Shown here: one piece after another, positions 1 to 12,807 of the stretch
Layout of the letters: the number at the start of each line of letters is the position of its first letter
Numbering within the stretch: position 1 is the stretch's first letter
NCBI GenBank assembly: GCA_026025075.1
Contig: JAPEUI010000001.1
Location: 310,001 to 374,000, forward strand
From: Vezdaea acicularis
Taxonomy: Eukaryota
Direction: 5' to 3'
DNA length: 64,000 bases
Program-made: the position numbers and the translations under genes
The notes under the pieces: generated by a model
Seen by the model: only the letters and a program-made list of their open reading frames with translations
Databases searched by the model: none
Told to the model about the DNA's origin: nothing

Positions 1-1200
1 AGTTCAGACAGCGATCTTACATCGCAAGCGAGTTCCTCAGAATCGTCCTTATCGTTATCGTCCGTTTCTTCATCAAAGATCGGACCTGATCCTGCAGAGT
101 CATCCGACAGTGACTCAGACTTTGGTTCTCAATCTGACTCTAGTAGTGGAAGCAGCGGCGGCTCTGGATATCTGGAGTACGTAAGAGAAAATGGTGAACA
201 AGGCTTCGACACATATCATGGCGATAGTGCAGATGGGAGCGAATATGGAGCCTCGAGGAGTGAGCCCTCTAGTGAAGCTGGCCCTTCCGGATCCCCAAGT
301 CCTTTACTTCCGCCTAGCAATGTGCGCATGTTCATGCTCTGCAACTGGAAGTTCTCTACATTCGAACCACTTCCATGGACAACGGCCGAGAAAGATCACA
401 TCGAGAAAAGTCCACTCTATATCATTCTCTGTGATCCTCCTGTCGTTGAGTTTGGCGGGATCGCAACCTCCAAAGTCACCCTGGCGCTACTACCGCACCT
501 TACAAAGCAAGATCTTCTCTCTCTAGCTCTCACCTGCAAGTCTCTCTATCGCCTTCTCAACGGTGGCCATCACGAAATTTGGCTCGGGCATCTCAGACTT
601 TGCATCACCGGCCCGTGCACCATCAACAATCTGAGCTACCGTTCAAAGCTTGCTGGCCTATCCAAGTATCCCCTTGTCCGCGTGCGCCCGCCACGACATG
701 ACCAGCTCAATGTCCATCAATGTACACGCTGCGGGCGCGACAGCTGCAAAGCCTGCATGCTACCAGAGTCCGCAGAGAATATCCAACGTCTCACTTCTCT
801 TTCCCTACGCTTTCTCTGCCGTAAACACACCCCAATCATGGAAGTTGGCTGCGGTTGTCCATTCCCCGGGATCTGTCAGCATGACCAGCCGTCTGAGTTG
901 CCGACGTGCGGATGTCACATAGGAAAACGACCATGGTTCTGCGTCAAGTGCGAGGAGGTCTTGTGGGAACGCAATCTCAAGTATTCGTATAGCATCGAGG
1001 TTCTGACTAGGGACGAAGAGGAAGAATCAAGGGGAAGGAAGAAGACCACCGTTACGGCTAGGAAGCTGGAGGATGGCAGAGAAGTCGAGATTGTGGACGT
1101 CAAACCTCCGTGTTTCTGTGGACAGGAAGGGGAGAAAAGGCGCGCGTGGTGTGATACCTGTGGCGGCAGAAGGGACGAGAGGATGATATTCGCCTTGTGA
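1..1200 (+). CDS. Putative F-box-like, Cys-rich protein (5' partial; frame open from position 1, Ser/Asp-rich N-terminal part)
   Basis: Frame 1 has no stop from 1 to TGA at 1198-1200; F-box-like segment LALLPHLTKQDLLSLALTCKSLYRLL followed by several Cys pairs (CTRC, CKAC, CVKC, CFCG, CDTC). Confidence 0.6.
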   Translation, partial: SSDSDLTSQASSSESSLSLSSVSSSKIGPDPAESSDSDSDFGSQSDSSSGSSGGSGYLEYVRENGEQGFDTYHGDSADGSEYGASRSEPSSEAGPSGSPSPLLPPSNVRMFMLCNWKFSTFEPLPWTTAEKDHIEKSPLYIILCDPPVVEFGGIATSKVTLALLPHLTKQDLLSLALTCKSLYRLLNGGHHEIWLGHLRLCITGPCTINNLSYRSKLAGLSKYPLVRVRPPRHDQLNVHQCTRCGRDSCKACMLPESAENIQRLTSLSLRFLCRKHTPIMEVGCGCPFPGICQHDQPSELPTCGCHIGKRPWFCVKCEEVLWERNLKYSYSIEVLTRDEEEESRGRKKTTVTARKLEDGREVEIVDVKPPCFCGQEGEKRRAWCDTCGGRRDERMIFAL

Positions 1201-1406
1201 AGTGCGATCAGGAGAGCAATGGTTTGTAGGACGGGGCACTTTCGGATTTGTGCGATTCTTTAGCGCCTTCTTTGGCATAGATCACAAACAGGTAAATTTA
1301 ACTGACCCATTGAAGTTGAGAGTTGAGCACGAGGCAATAAGACTTCACTATTTCTCCATGCGCATTCATGTAAAGTGTGCGCACAGTGATCCTATACGAG
1401 GTCGCC

Positions 1407-4400
1407 CTACCAATCCAACCCACCACCATCACCGCCAACCTTAACCGTCTTTGCTGGCCCTTCAGTTAGATGGCTATGATCAATTGGCTTCCTCCCTTTT
1501 AAGCCCTTCAGCTTCTGATCCAGCTTTTTGAATGGATCCTCCCCACTGTCGCCCTTCTTCACCTTCCACTTCTGGGTCCCTAAGACCCCGTCCAGCTCCT
1601 CCACAGGCGGCAGCTTCGCATATACAAGCCCGTCCTCCCTCTCCTCGACAGGGAACGTCGCGATATTTACAGTATCGTCGTTTGTACACTTCCCCGCGCT
1701 GTCGCCGCTGAGCTCATAATTTCGCTTGTGGTATGGACAGCTGACCCAGAGCTTGCCCGTCTGAAGATCATCACCAATCAGGCCATCACTGAGCGCGAAC
1801 GCTCGCTTATGAGGGCACATCTGCTGCGTACAGTAGTACTTTCCCTTGACCTTAAAGACAGCGAGTTGTGTGTCGCCACGCTTTACATTTTGACTCGAGC
1901 CCGTGGCCGTATCGACGAATTTGGAGGCTGAAACAAGAGGCTGCCATGTCAGGCTGCTCCACTTGGTGCCGCGGAAATCGTCATGTGCAGATTCTTTGGG
2001 CCAATTCGCAGGGCGTTGCTGAGTCCGCTCTGTGATGATCTCGACACTGTCGATGGTTTCATCGGTATTTCCGAATTGTTCGAATTGAGCGCGTCGTTCG
2101 GGCGATTTAATCGTCTCGGTCCATTCGCAGAAGAACGTTCCTATAAGCTCCTCCATCTGCTTCTCGAGCTCGCCGCAGATGCCTAGTTTGTCTTCTAGGA
2201 CAACCTCGCGCAGGTATTTAATTCCACCCGGAAGGTTCTCGATCCAGCGGGCAGTACGTTGTAGCTTGTCCGCCGTACGCATGTAGAACATCAGATAGCG
2301 ATCCAAGATAGGAACCACGTCATCGGGTGGTACGTCCTTTGCGAGTATCTCACTGTGCCGCGGCTTCGTGCCACCATTACCGCCAACGTAAATGTTGAAC
2401 CCCTTATCTGTCGCAATTAGGCCGAAGTCCTTGTTCTGGGCTTCTGCACACTCGCGGACGCAGCCCGAAACGCCACCCTTCATTTTGTGTGGGGATCGGA
2501 TACTCTTATACCGCTCTTCGAGCCGAACTGCCATGCCTACACTGTCACCGATGCCGAAACGGCACCATGTAGTGCCAACGCAGCTTTTCACTGTCCGCAA
2601 GGACTTTGCGTAAGCATGGCCACTCTCCATACCCGCCTCAACTAAGGCGGTCCAGATGGGAATGAGATCTTGCTTCTTTGCCCCAAACATGTCGATCCGT
2701 TGGCCGCCGGTAATCTTGCAGTATAGTCCGTACTTCTTTGCAACGGTCCCGATTGCAATGAGCTTGTCAGCCGTGATCTCCCCGCCTGAAACTCGTGGTA
2801 TGACAGAGAATGTGCCATTTCTTTGTATGTTTGCTAGATATTTATCATTGGTATCTTGGAGGCCATGTAATGGCTTGTCGATGATGTGCTGGTTGAAGAG
2901 AGATGCAAGGATTGAGCCGATCGTAGGCTTGCAAACTTCGCATCCAAGAGATTCGGCATTCTTGCCGGCTTCTTTCATAACATCCTCGAATACTTTTAGT
3001 TTTTTGACAGATATAATGTTGAAAAGATCCGCCCTGGAGTAGGCGAAGTGAGGACATACTGAACACGTTAGTTTGAGTAAATTCGATTGGATCAGTGCAC
3101 TGACAATGATTCAGAACTTCAGCACCAGCAGCTGCCATCTCTTTATTAAAGATGCTCTGTACAAGGGGCATGCAGCCTCCGCACCCAGTGCCTGCTTTAG
3201 TGCAAGACTTGACATCTCCAATGCTCTTACAAGTGCCAGATTTGACATTCTTGACAACGTCGCCCTTCGTGACATTATGACAAGAACAAATTTGCGTATC
3301 GTCATCGCTGCTGACGGTTAGTAAATTTTATACGATAGACGTCATTTGTCAGCTTACAGATCATCTCCTCCCTCATCGTCCCCGCCCTTCGCCCCAAGGA
3401 TGAATTGACTTGGTGTGACCTCTAAAGGCTTACGATTTTTTACCATTGGAACGAGCTTGACATAATCCTTCGTGTCCCCAATCATCATGCCTCCAAGCAG
3501 ATACTTCCCATCAAGCGTGAAAAGGTACTTTTTGTAAACATTTTGGAATGGATCCTTGTAGCTTAGAGCCTTTACAGGAGGAGGTGGAGGACCTTCAGTC
3601 ATCGTGCGAATGCCGTCAGCTTTTGGAATTTCTTCCTTCACTGCACCTCTTCTCACTGGCAGGTCTTTCGGACCATCTCTATCAGCAAAGAAGTCACCAA
3701 AGCTTGCAACCTCAACGCCCAATAGTTTCAGCTTAGTACTAAGGTCAGGTCGCTTGAACTTCCGCGGTGCGTGAAACTTGGCTTGTGTGAGATTGAACGC
3801 AAGGATGTCAGCCATCTCTATACCAGGAGCAATTAGACCAAATGTTTGACTCTCCCAGCTCGCACATTCGCCAATGGCAAATATGTTGGGAACCGACGTC
3901 GAGAGGTCAGGATTGATCACTATCCCACCACCCCTACCAGCACATTTGATACCCGCCGCTCTGGCTAGCTCATCTCGTGCTCTGATACCGATCTATAGCC
4001 AGTCAGATTCGTCTCTAGGATCTGACAGAGGAGAACTCACCGCGAAACATATACAGCTACAGTCCATTTCCTCGCCGTCCTCGAATGTTACACCTTTCAC
4101 ATGGTTCTCTTCGTTTACATTTATTCGGCCTACTCTCTTGCTGAGTAGTACGTCTAAGCCAAGATCTCGGACCTGATCTACGACCAGCCCGCCAGCATCT
4201 GCGTCAAGTTGACGGGACAGAACCCAACGATTCCGCTCAATGAGTTTCACTTTCTTAAACTCCTCGAGATCCATCATGGCTTTTGCTGCCTCCAGACCTA
4301 GCAGGCCACCGCCGACCACTGCACCAGTTGTCCCCTTTACCGTAGCAGAAAATTCTATGAGCTTGACGAGGTCGTCAATAGTACGGTAGACAAATACACC

Positions 4401-4970
4401 TTTGGCATCATAGCCAGGAGTGTGCCTTGGCAGTAAGGCCTCCGAGCCGGTGGCGAGGACAAGGTAGTCATACGAAACGATGCTGCCCTCAGATGTGATT
4501 ACAACTTTGTCATTGGGTCGAATCTCGCTGACTAGAGTATTGAGATGGTAATTGAGTGCGCCATCAGGTGTATCAGAATACTAGTGCACTGGTTAGCATG
4601 CGTCACTGCTCTATCATCTTCTATACACCTTACCCATTGTTTCGGATTAAGGTAGAGGTCCTCTGGTCTCCGATGCTGGAAGAAGGCGCTCAATCCAACT
4701 CGATTATACGCCAAGTGAGGTTCCTCACCAATGACGACGATATCATACTCGCGTCGTTTGGCATCCAGCTTCATTAGTTTCTCGCTGTAGTTCTCGTGAG
4801 TAAGATACTTTTTAAGCCCGTCTTATGGCTTACATGAAAGCTATGCCGACCATGCCTAGGCCAACAACCACAACTCTCTTACCCTTAGGCGGCAACCCAT
4901 CGTGAGCTCCATTTGTGCCATTTGTGCTGCTCGCGCCATTCAGCCCGTGGACCTCAGTTGCGCTACTCAT
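1407..4970 (-). CDS. niiA: Assimilatory NAD(P)H nitrite reductase, multi-exon
   Basis: ATG at 4970 ([24 protein letters not shown]-binding); [13 protein letters not shown](P)H motif; siroheme/4Fe-4S motifs [11 protein letters not shown] and [11 protein letters not shown]-terminal Rieske CPHKRA..CPYH; canonical introns join the ORF fragments. Confidence 0.97.
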
Positions 4971-6353
4971 CGTGACCGATCTTTGATGTAGACCTGGAAG
5001 AAACCCTTAGAAAAAGATGATGTTAGAAGAGTTTGAAGTTAACAGCAAATAGAATACAGTGCCACACACTAATGGAAAGCTCGAAAATGGAAATGATCTC
5101 GATTGGACCTACAGTAATAAGCTACCTAATGCTGGGGGCCCATCATACAAGGTAGTAGTGTGGGAAGAATGCATCTTCCTCTCTAGCCGTGGGGAAGCCA
5201 AGGACCGAGTAGGTATAAGCCTCTCGCTGCCTTGTTCGTCCTTATCGTGCTCGCCATCCTTTCTCAAACGGCAGCGGAAGGTGGCCATCTCCGTGGAACA
5301 AGCCCGAAGCTGCAAAGTCGACTGAGATACCTAAATTTTTCCGACTCCCACGACCGAGTCCGTCATCGTATACGCAAAATAGGCGAACCGAGGTGCCCCC
5401 CACCAGTGATGGCTTGGCATCGCTTTCACGGAATGTAGCAGCACCGCAAGTGCACCAATGGTTTTGAGAAGTTTCTGGATTACCATTTCAACAGACCTAT
5501 GGGGTATGGAACAGGGGTCCTGAAGAGTTTGAGCCATTTTGATGCTTCTGTAAGATTAAGTAGACGACTCAACTTTTGCGTATGCAAAAGACTTCTGACA
5601 ACCACTCGGATAGAGCCTGCAAGTTCATTCGTCCTCCATCTTTTAGGCTGGCTACTGATATGTCGCAAGGTTGCTCATGTCGGTACTTTACGGCAAATTC
5701 TCGTGCGTGCTAGCGTTGACAGAGTTGGCTTGAGATCGCCCAAAGAGGGGTGACGTTGAAAAGGGGTCGTGGTGATTGGTGCGTTGTTGGCTAACTGATA
5801 AGGACATCAAAGTAGCTTCAAATCGGCATCCGGAGAAATTATCCGCCATCAGAATGCATCTCGTCTTTCCAGGCCGCGAGGCAATTTTAGATTCTGCTTC
5901 CGAGGCTCCAGGCTCCTGGATTCGCGGCCGGCCACCCTGGACAATGCCGTCCTTTTTCCTGCGATGGAAATCCGAGTGAGGTGCGCCCCTTAGGAAGAAG
6001 GAAGCGATACTCAATTGGCCACTCTGTACTTTTTATTCCAAAGACAAGCCTTTAGTGCCGGGATGTCCGATCATTGGCCTCAAGACCTTGGAAAGTTCCC
6101 GTAACGACAACTGTTCGTCTGGAATCAGACAGACTCTTGCTCCCAATACGAGACTGAGCCATTCGATACCTCCCGCATATAGCGCCAATATCAACGCTAA
6201 AAGCAATGACATGTTGTGCCCTGCTGTACACTCTTTTCATACTTCAATATGGCTATTTGATTTACAACATTTGCACGCTGCATATCACGATGAAGGATTC
6301 GGGACATCTTCAATTCTCATGTCTACCCATCTGCTTAGAGAAGTAGCTTCAGG
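4971..6353. promoter_or_regulatory. Bidirectional niiA-niaD promoter with a NirA/NIT4-type site and GATA (AreA/NIT2-type) sites
   Basis: CTCCGTGG (NirA consensus CTCCGHGG) at 5289-5296; near match TTCCGAGG at 5898-5905; HGATAR sites at 5242-5247 (- strand) and 5796-5801 (+ strand); divergent gene arrangement. Confidence 0.7.
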
Positions 6354-9213
6354 ATGAGCCTCCAACAAGAAGGTGATGCTGCCCATAAAGGCGAGACTCC
6401 TCTCGCAGGATTGCCCCCAACTCCACCAGATTCCGTGCATAATGATTCCCACGGTACCGAACTTCCCCTTCCCCCCGGGACAAACATACCAACCAGTATC
6501 CTTGATATCGACAAGCCCACTCCAGATCACCACGTGGCCCGGGATCCGCGCTTGATTCGATTGACAGGAACTCACCCTTTCAATGTCGAAGCGCCTCTTT
6601 CTGCTCTTTACGATGAAGGTAGGTGATGGATGGACTCCTGAAAGCTAGGGGGTAATTGAACATAATTAGGGTTCCTGACCTCCCCTGAACTCTTCTATGT
6701 CCGAAACCACGGGGCGGTACCGGAGGTTCATGATGAAGATATCCCAAATTGGGAATTCTCTATTGAAGGGTATGTCCCACACACCATCCGAGACTACAGT
6801 ATGCTGATAATCTGTAGTCTCGTGGAGGAACCATTCACCCTCACTCTAAAGCAGATGATATCCGATTTCGAACAACTCACATATCCTATTACACTTGTCT
6901 GCGCTGGTAACAGACGGAAAGAACAAAATGTGGTTAGGAAAAGTAAGGGTTTCTCATGGGGTCCAGCGGGAGTGTCAACGGCACTGTTCACCGGCTGCTC
7001 AATGTGGGATGTCATTAAGAAGGCAAAGCCTATGCGAGGTGCGAAGTATGTATGCATGGAAGGCGCGGACAAGCTAGTAAGCAATCAAATACATGCAAAA
7101 AGGCCAGCCTGACACACCCCAGCCAAATGGATACTATGGTACTTGCGCGAAGTTGAATTGGGTCAAGGACCCAAACAAAGGGGTGATGTTGGCTCACAAA
7201 ATGAACGGCGAAATGTTAAGACCAGACCACGGAAAGCCGTTGAGAGCGGTAATCCCAGGTCAAATAGGGGGCCGAAGCGTAAAATGGCTTAAGAAGTTGA
7301 TCGTCACTGCTGGTCCCAGTGAGAACTGGTATCATATATACGACAATCGAGTCCTACCGTAAGCCCTCGAAAGAAAGTTTTGATATACATGATGCTCATA
7401 AAACCTAGAACAATGGTCTCCCCGCAAGACTCTGCGAACAGCGAGCATATATGGAAGGACGAAAGATACGCAATCTACGATCTCAACACAAACTCGGCAA
7501 CGGCATTCCCTGCGCATGACGAGCGTCTGAGCATCACAACCGGGCCGGCTGATTACAATGTCAGGGGTTATGCTTACGGAGGTGGAGGACGAAGAGTTAC
7601 GAGGGTGGAACTATCCTTAGATAAGGGGAAGTCATGGCGACTGGCCAACATCTGTTACCCTGAAGACATGTATCGTGAGGCAGAGCAAACTTTGTACGGG
7701 GGTAAATTAGACTTCTCGTGGCGAGAGGCATCATTCTGTTGGTGTTTCTGGTCACTTGAGATCGAAAAATCGGAGCTGGCAAGGTCTCAGGATATCCTTG
7801 TAAGGGCGATGGATGAGAGCATGAATATACAGCCTCGAGATATGTACTGGTCGGTTCTAGGGATGATGAATAATCCATGGTATCGTGTCGCTATCCTTCT
7901 CGAAGGCGATGAACTAAAGTTTGAACATCCAACTCAGCCAGCACTAATACCTGGTGGATGGATGGAGCGAGTAAAAAAAGCTGGTGGAAATCTGTTGAAC
8001 GGCTCTTGGGGCGAGAAGCTTAATGGTGAAGAAGATGCTGCACCTGCTGAAGAGGCTGTTTCAGAGGTCGTGATGATAAAGGAAGGTCTCACGGCGGAGC
8101 TCACTGTCGATGAATTACGGACGCATGGCACGAAAGATAGCCCATGGTTCGTCATCAACGGCCATGTATATGACGGTACTGCCTTCTTGAATGACCATCC
8201 AGGTGGCGCTCAGAGCATCATCTCGTCTGCTGGCGTCGACGCCACAGAGGAGTTTATGGCGATCCGTGAGTCCTTAACCACCTTTCTGGGTTCCAACATT
8301 CTAACGTCTGACAGATAGCGAGACTGCCAAGGCAATGATGCCGACTTATCATATAGGCTCCCTCAACGAAGCTTCCAGAACGTTACTTGCGGCGGGCGAC
8401 CTCGACGCCAACATATCTGATCCTTCAACACGGCCAACCTTCCTCGACTCCCGAAGCTGGACGCACGCTACCCTCGTAACTAAGACCCACATAAGTTGGG
8501 ACACGCGTCTCTTCCGCTTTGCCCTTGCTGCACCAAAACAAACACTGGGCCTCCCAATCGGACAACATATCATGGCGCGGCTAAAAGATCCTGTAACGCG
8601 GGAATCAATCATCCGGTCATATACACCCATCTCGCCTACAACTCTGGAAGGCTTCGTTGATCTCCTTGTGAAAGTCTACTTCGATACCCCTACGGTTAAA
8701 GGAGGTAAGATGACAAAGGCGATGGATTCAATCCCCTTGGGGCACTTCATCGACTTCAAGGGCCCGACTGGGAAGTTTATTTACACGGGGAACGGAACTT
8801 ATACCATCAACGGCAAGCCAGGAAGTGTAAAGCGCTTCTACATGATCAGCGGCGGTAGTGGGATAACACCTATCTTCCAAGTCTTGCGAGCAGTGATTAC
8901 CAACCCTGAGGACCCCACACACTGCACAGTCCTCAATGGCAACAGACTGTTGGAGGACATATTGTGCAGGGATGAGCTGGAAGTCTTCGCCAAAGACCAA
9001 ATGGGCCGGTGTAATCTATTACACACCCTGACGAAAGCGCCGGAGAACTGGGAAGGTCTAAGAGGTAGAATTGGTAAGGAGCTGCTGGAAAAGGAGGTAC
9101 AAAGGGATGGAGAAAGCTTGGTGCTGATTTGTGGCCCAGAAGCGTTAGAGAAGAGTGTCCATAAATCCCTGAATGAGATGGGCTGGCTAGATGAGGAACT
9201 GCTGTTCTTCTAA
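6354..9213 (+). CDS. niaD: Assimilatory nitrate reductase (Moco, cytochrome b5, FAD/NAD(P)H domains), multi-exon
   Basis: RLTGTHPFNVEAP, LFYVRNHGAVP, TLVCAGNRRKEQN (Moco Cys), GMMNNPWYRV, cytochrome b5 HPGG, RSYTP, GGSGITP, CGPE; canonical introns. Confidence 0.97.
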
Positions 9214-9314
9214 AGCTGGATAGTAGGCATGACGGAAGCCGTGTATATGGACAGGAAACGTATTGGGGAGGCGAATCATGGTAGTATCCATGCTTTGAGG
9301 GTTGCTATGGTTAT

Positions 9315-10873
9315 TCATAAAGCTCCTGAATCGTCTATATAATTCTTGTATTCACGCAAGATCTGCATGGCCTTCGCTGGCCCATGCCCGTGCCGCGCCA
9401 CCATAGCCTCAGCCACGCACCTGACCAACAGCTCAGGCACGCTCTTACGCTCGTCTCTCTTCAGGCTTCGCAGGACATCTAGGGTTTCCTTGCAACGCTC
9501 TTCCCCTTCCCCACCTCTTAGCCATTTGACCAGGGACCGGCTCCCGCTTACTTGTAGGTCCACACCTGCTTTACTCATCAGACATGCGATCACACATACC
9601 GTGCGTATCTCTCCGGCTTGAACGTATGCATCCATTAGCGCCTCGTAGTGCCAGCGCTCGAAGACGACTTTCCGATTGCCGAGCACACGGAAGATGTCTG
9701 TGGCTAGCTCAGCATCGCCGGCACGGGCGCAGCTGTGAAGGGCGAGGAGGCAGGTGCCGTCAGAAGGATTGAGAAAGTTGGGTTCGACGCTATGTCTCCA
9801 GGCATATTGAACGCCAGGGTGGAAGAGCGTTTGGGCTGAGCTGGAGAGTAGGAGGGAGTAGATTGTTGGACTAAGGAGGTGAGGGTTTGGCAAGTACTTG
9901 GTGAGGTCGTGCAAGAGTTGGAGTACCAAAGGGGGCGAGATGGGGAGAAGTATGAAGACTGCTAGGTCGAGGATGTAGGGTGGGAGACTAGGGGTGGTAG
10001 GGAGAATTGTCAAGAGGTATTGGAGGAAGACTTCGTATTGGTTCTCGCGGAGGAGGCATAGAAGGAGGGAGACACTACCAGAGGTAGTGAGCTGGAGCCA
10101 GCGTTCATCTAATGTGTGCATGAGTGAAGCGCGAAGGAGAGGGTGTGGATGGATTGAAAGCGCCTGAGTAAATGACGTTAGTTATTCCATCCACATGAAG
10201 CTCGCTCAACACTTACAGTCAATGCGTTTTCTATAAAGTAGATATCCGGTAACATTCCTTTCTCCTCCATTTCTTGCACAAGAGCTACTAAATGCTCCGC
10301 CGACCCATTCTGTGGGCTTGTGTTCGCCAACACCATTATGTTATAGTGCCACAATGTCGGTTCTTCTCCTCGAATCGTGAGTAGGTAATTTATGAGTGTG
10401 CAGACATGCTTGTAATTGCCTGTATTGGCCGCAGCCAAGGCGCGTGCTTTCAGGTGATCCAGTGGCACATTGTGAAGAAACTTCTCTTCGAGCGCGAGCT
10501 CGGTGGGCGAGTCAGGGACCTTTGAAGGATTGAAGGGAGGGCGCACTGGAGGGTCGGCAGGCGGAGGTGTGCTTGTGCGTGTTTGCTTGGCCTTGACGAA
10601 TATTAGGACATCCTTCTTCGGCTCGATATTCTGTTCCTTTCTAGCGTCTTCTTGCCTGCCTTCAGTTGGACTGGTGTACCTGACAGAGTTGGTGCTGTTG
10701 AGACGTTTGTTTATGCTCTGGTGCTGAACACGCCCGCTCTGTTTATCTAGCCATGGCTTGAAAGCTCGCCGCGAGCAGCGCGGATTCTTCCTGATTAGAT
10801 TAATAGAAAAGTATTCAATTGAAGGGCATAGACAGCGCCAAAGACCGTCAATTGCAAATTTGGAAGTGGACAT
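9315..10873 (-). CDS. Mitochondrial pentatricopeptide-repeat (PPR) protein, 2 exons
   Basis: Basic presequence (IDGLWRCLCPS); PPR-like repeats (PTLWHYNIMVLAN; CARAGDAELATDIFRVL; WHYEALMDAYVQAG); one GTAAGT intron at about 10165-10217. Confidence 0.8.
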
Positions 10874-11197
10874 AGGGTTGAAGCTTTTCCTGGGTGATCA
10901 AGTTTCGCGAAACGCGATATTTTCACCGAATCACGTGTGATATAAATGATATTTGCAGGGTCCCTAGAGGTGGGATTGTAGAAGGCGTCCTCCCTTCTAG
11001 GTTGTGAAGGCTATAAGCAATGATAGAGCTTGTAGGCCGTAGAGCGTATGCACACCAAGTGCCTTGTTCCCCTAGTCATTTAGGAAACCTTGCTCGTCTA
11101 TTGATTCTCATGCACATTCACTTGCCAACCAAGGAAGCCAAGTTCTCTCAGCAAAGGCTCATGGTAGGCCCATTAAAATCTAACGATATAGACACTC

Positions 11198-11754
11198 TCA
11201 GTTCCCACGCCCCCTACCCCTCCCTCTTCCTCCACCCCGCCCGCCCCGACCTCTATCACCTCGTCCGCCATGTTCTCCTCTCGATGGGCCACCCCCACGG
11301 CCGCCTCTGTTGGACTGCTGATTTTGCTGTTGGTCTTTAACAAGATCTATTATCTCAGGCGGGACCCGAAGGTATTTTATCTGAATGATTTGAGCTAGTA
11401 AGGAGGTGAAGCCCTTTGTAGTACACGGGAGTTCATACATTATTGCCTCGCACATATACTTCCGGAAGCCGGAAAAACTTGTCTCCATCCTATCACTGCT
11501 TCAGTTCTGAGCATTTGCTAATACCGATTCCTGACATGATCTTACTGGGCTTGTCTGTACGACCTCTTTCAGCGTCAAATTCATCCATGTGTCGCATTGG
11601 ACTAGATGTCCGTTCAACGTCTCTCCATTCTTCAACTCAACAAGCATAGGATGTCCTTGCGCCGCTGTCAATAAACCCAAAGGAAGCTGTGCACATGTTC
11701 AATGAGCATTTCTGACCTTCGAAAGCCTCGTTCGTCAGAATTCAAACCTACCAT
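11198..11754 (-). CDS. LSM4: U6 snRNA-associated Sm-like protein LSm4, multi-exon
   Basis: Spliced [62 protein letters not shown] plus an RGG-rich tail; first exon contributes only the ATG (11752-11754). Confidence 0.93.
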
Positions 11755-12807
11755 TGTTGCGTTTCGACGACTGCGCCGGAGTGGAGCTAAAGAGTTGACG
11801 GCAGCAAACACGAATCGCCAAGAGATTTTTTTCGGGGTTGCTTCACCACAACAAAACACTACACTGTGCCGGGGGACACTTCTTGATCTTTAGTACATCC
11901 ACCTCTCATAAGGCTGAGAAAGCTTCGGGAGACGCCATCATATTTGAGTCGCGGCATAAGTTGACAGCAGGGATCCCTGCGATCCTTGTCCTCTTTTGCA
12001 TAGCGCGATACCCCAAACCGTTAGGCACAACTCGGTACACAGCCAATCACTAGGACAGTCCAGTTCGATATGGTTTCGAGATCTAAAAGCCGCCGGCTTA
12101 TAAAAGCCCTTAAGTTTAAGAGCTCTAAAGAGCTTCTTTCTCAACAGGAGGAGCTTCAACCGGACCAGGTAGAACTTGTTACGACGCCCCGATACGAGAA
12201 CTTCGAGCCATCTCGGATTATAGCTCCAATAGGTGAGCAATACTTTTATAGCTATGGGAAGAAAAGCATCGATGCGACACGCACAGTCTCATCCCGAGGA
12301 AGTTCTACATCTCTAAGACGGTCAATTAGTAGTAGATTTCGCAAATCATCAGTGGTTGAATTGGACGATCCACTCGTAAGGAGATCAATAAGGAACGAAA
12401 CAGAGGCGACCGGGCTAGAAGAGTACCTGATTGCTTGTCCATCGGAACCAAGGTACCACAGTCTCGATCTCCTGTCTGGCGAGTCATTCTTTCCTGCATG
12501 TATAAAGAACAGGCCTCAGCTATCCGAAAAGCCTTTCCAAAGTCGCAAAGCACCAAAGAGGCCACCGGCTTTGTTATTCCTACCTACATCATCGCCTATA
12601 GCTACTAGAGAGTCGCTTCAGCAAGAAAGCTATGATCTTCTAGTCGGCGCATCAAATAATCAGAAGACGCCTGTGAACCTCGTCATCCCGCGCACGTACA
12701 TATCGACTCATTACGTCTCGAACACCAAACCATACTATTGCCCGTGCAAGAAATGTAAAGATGCACACTTGTCTTGCAGCGAAATAGAAGACTATTCTAG
12801 AAAGACG

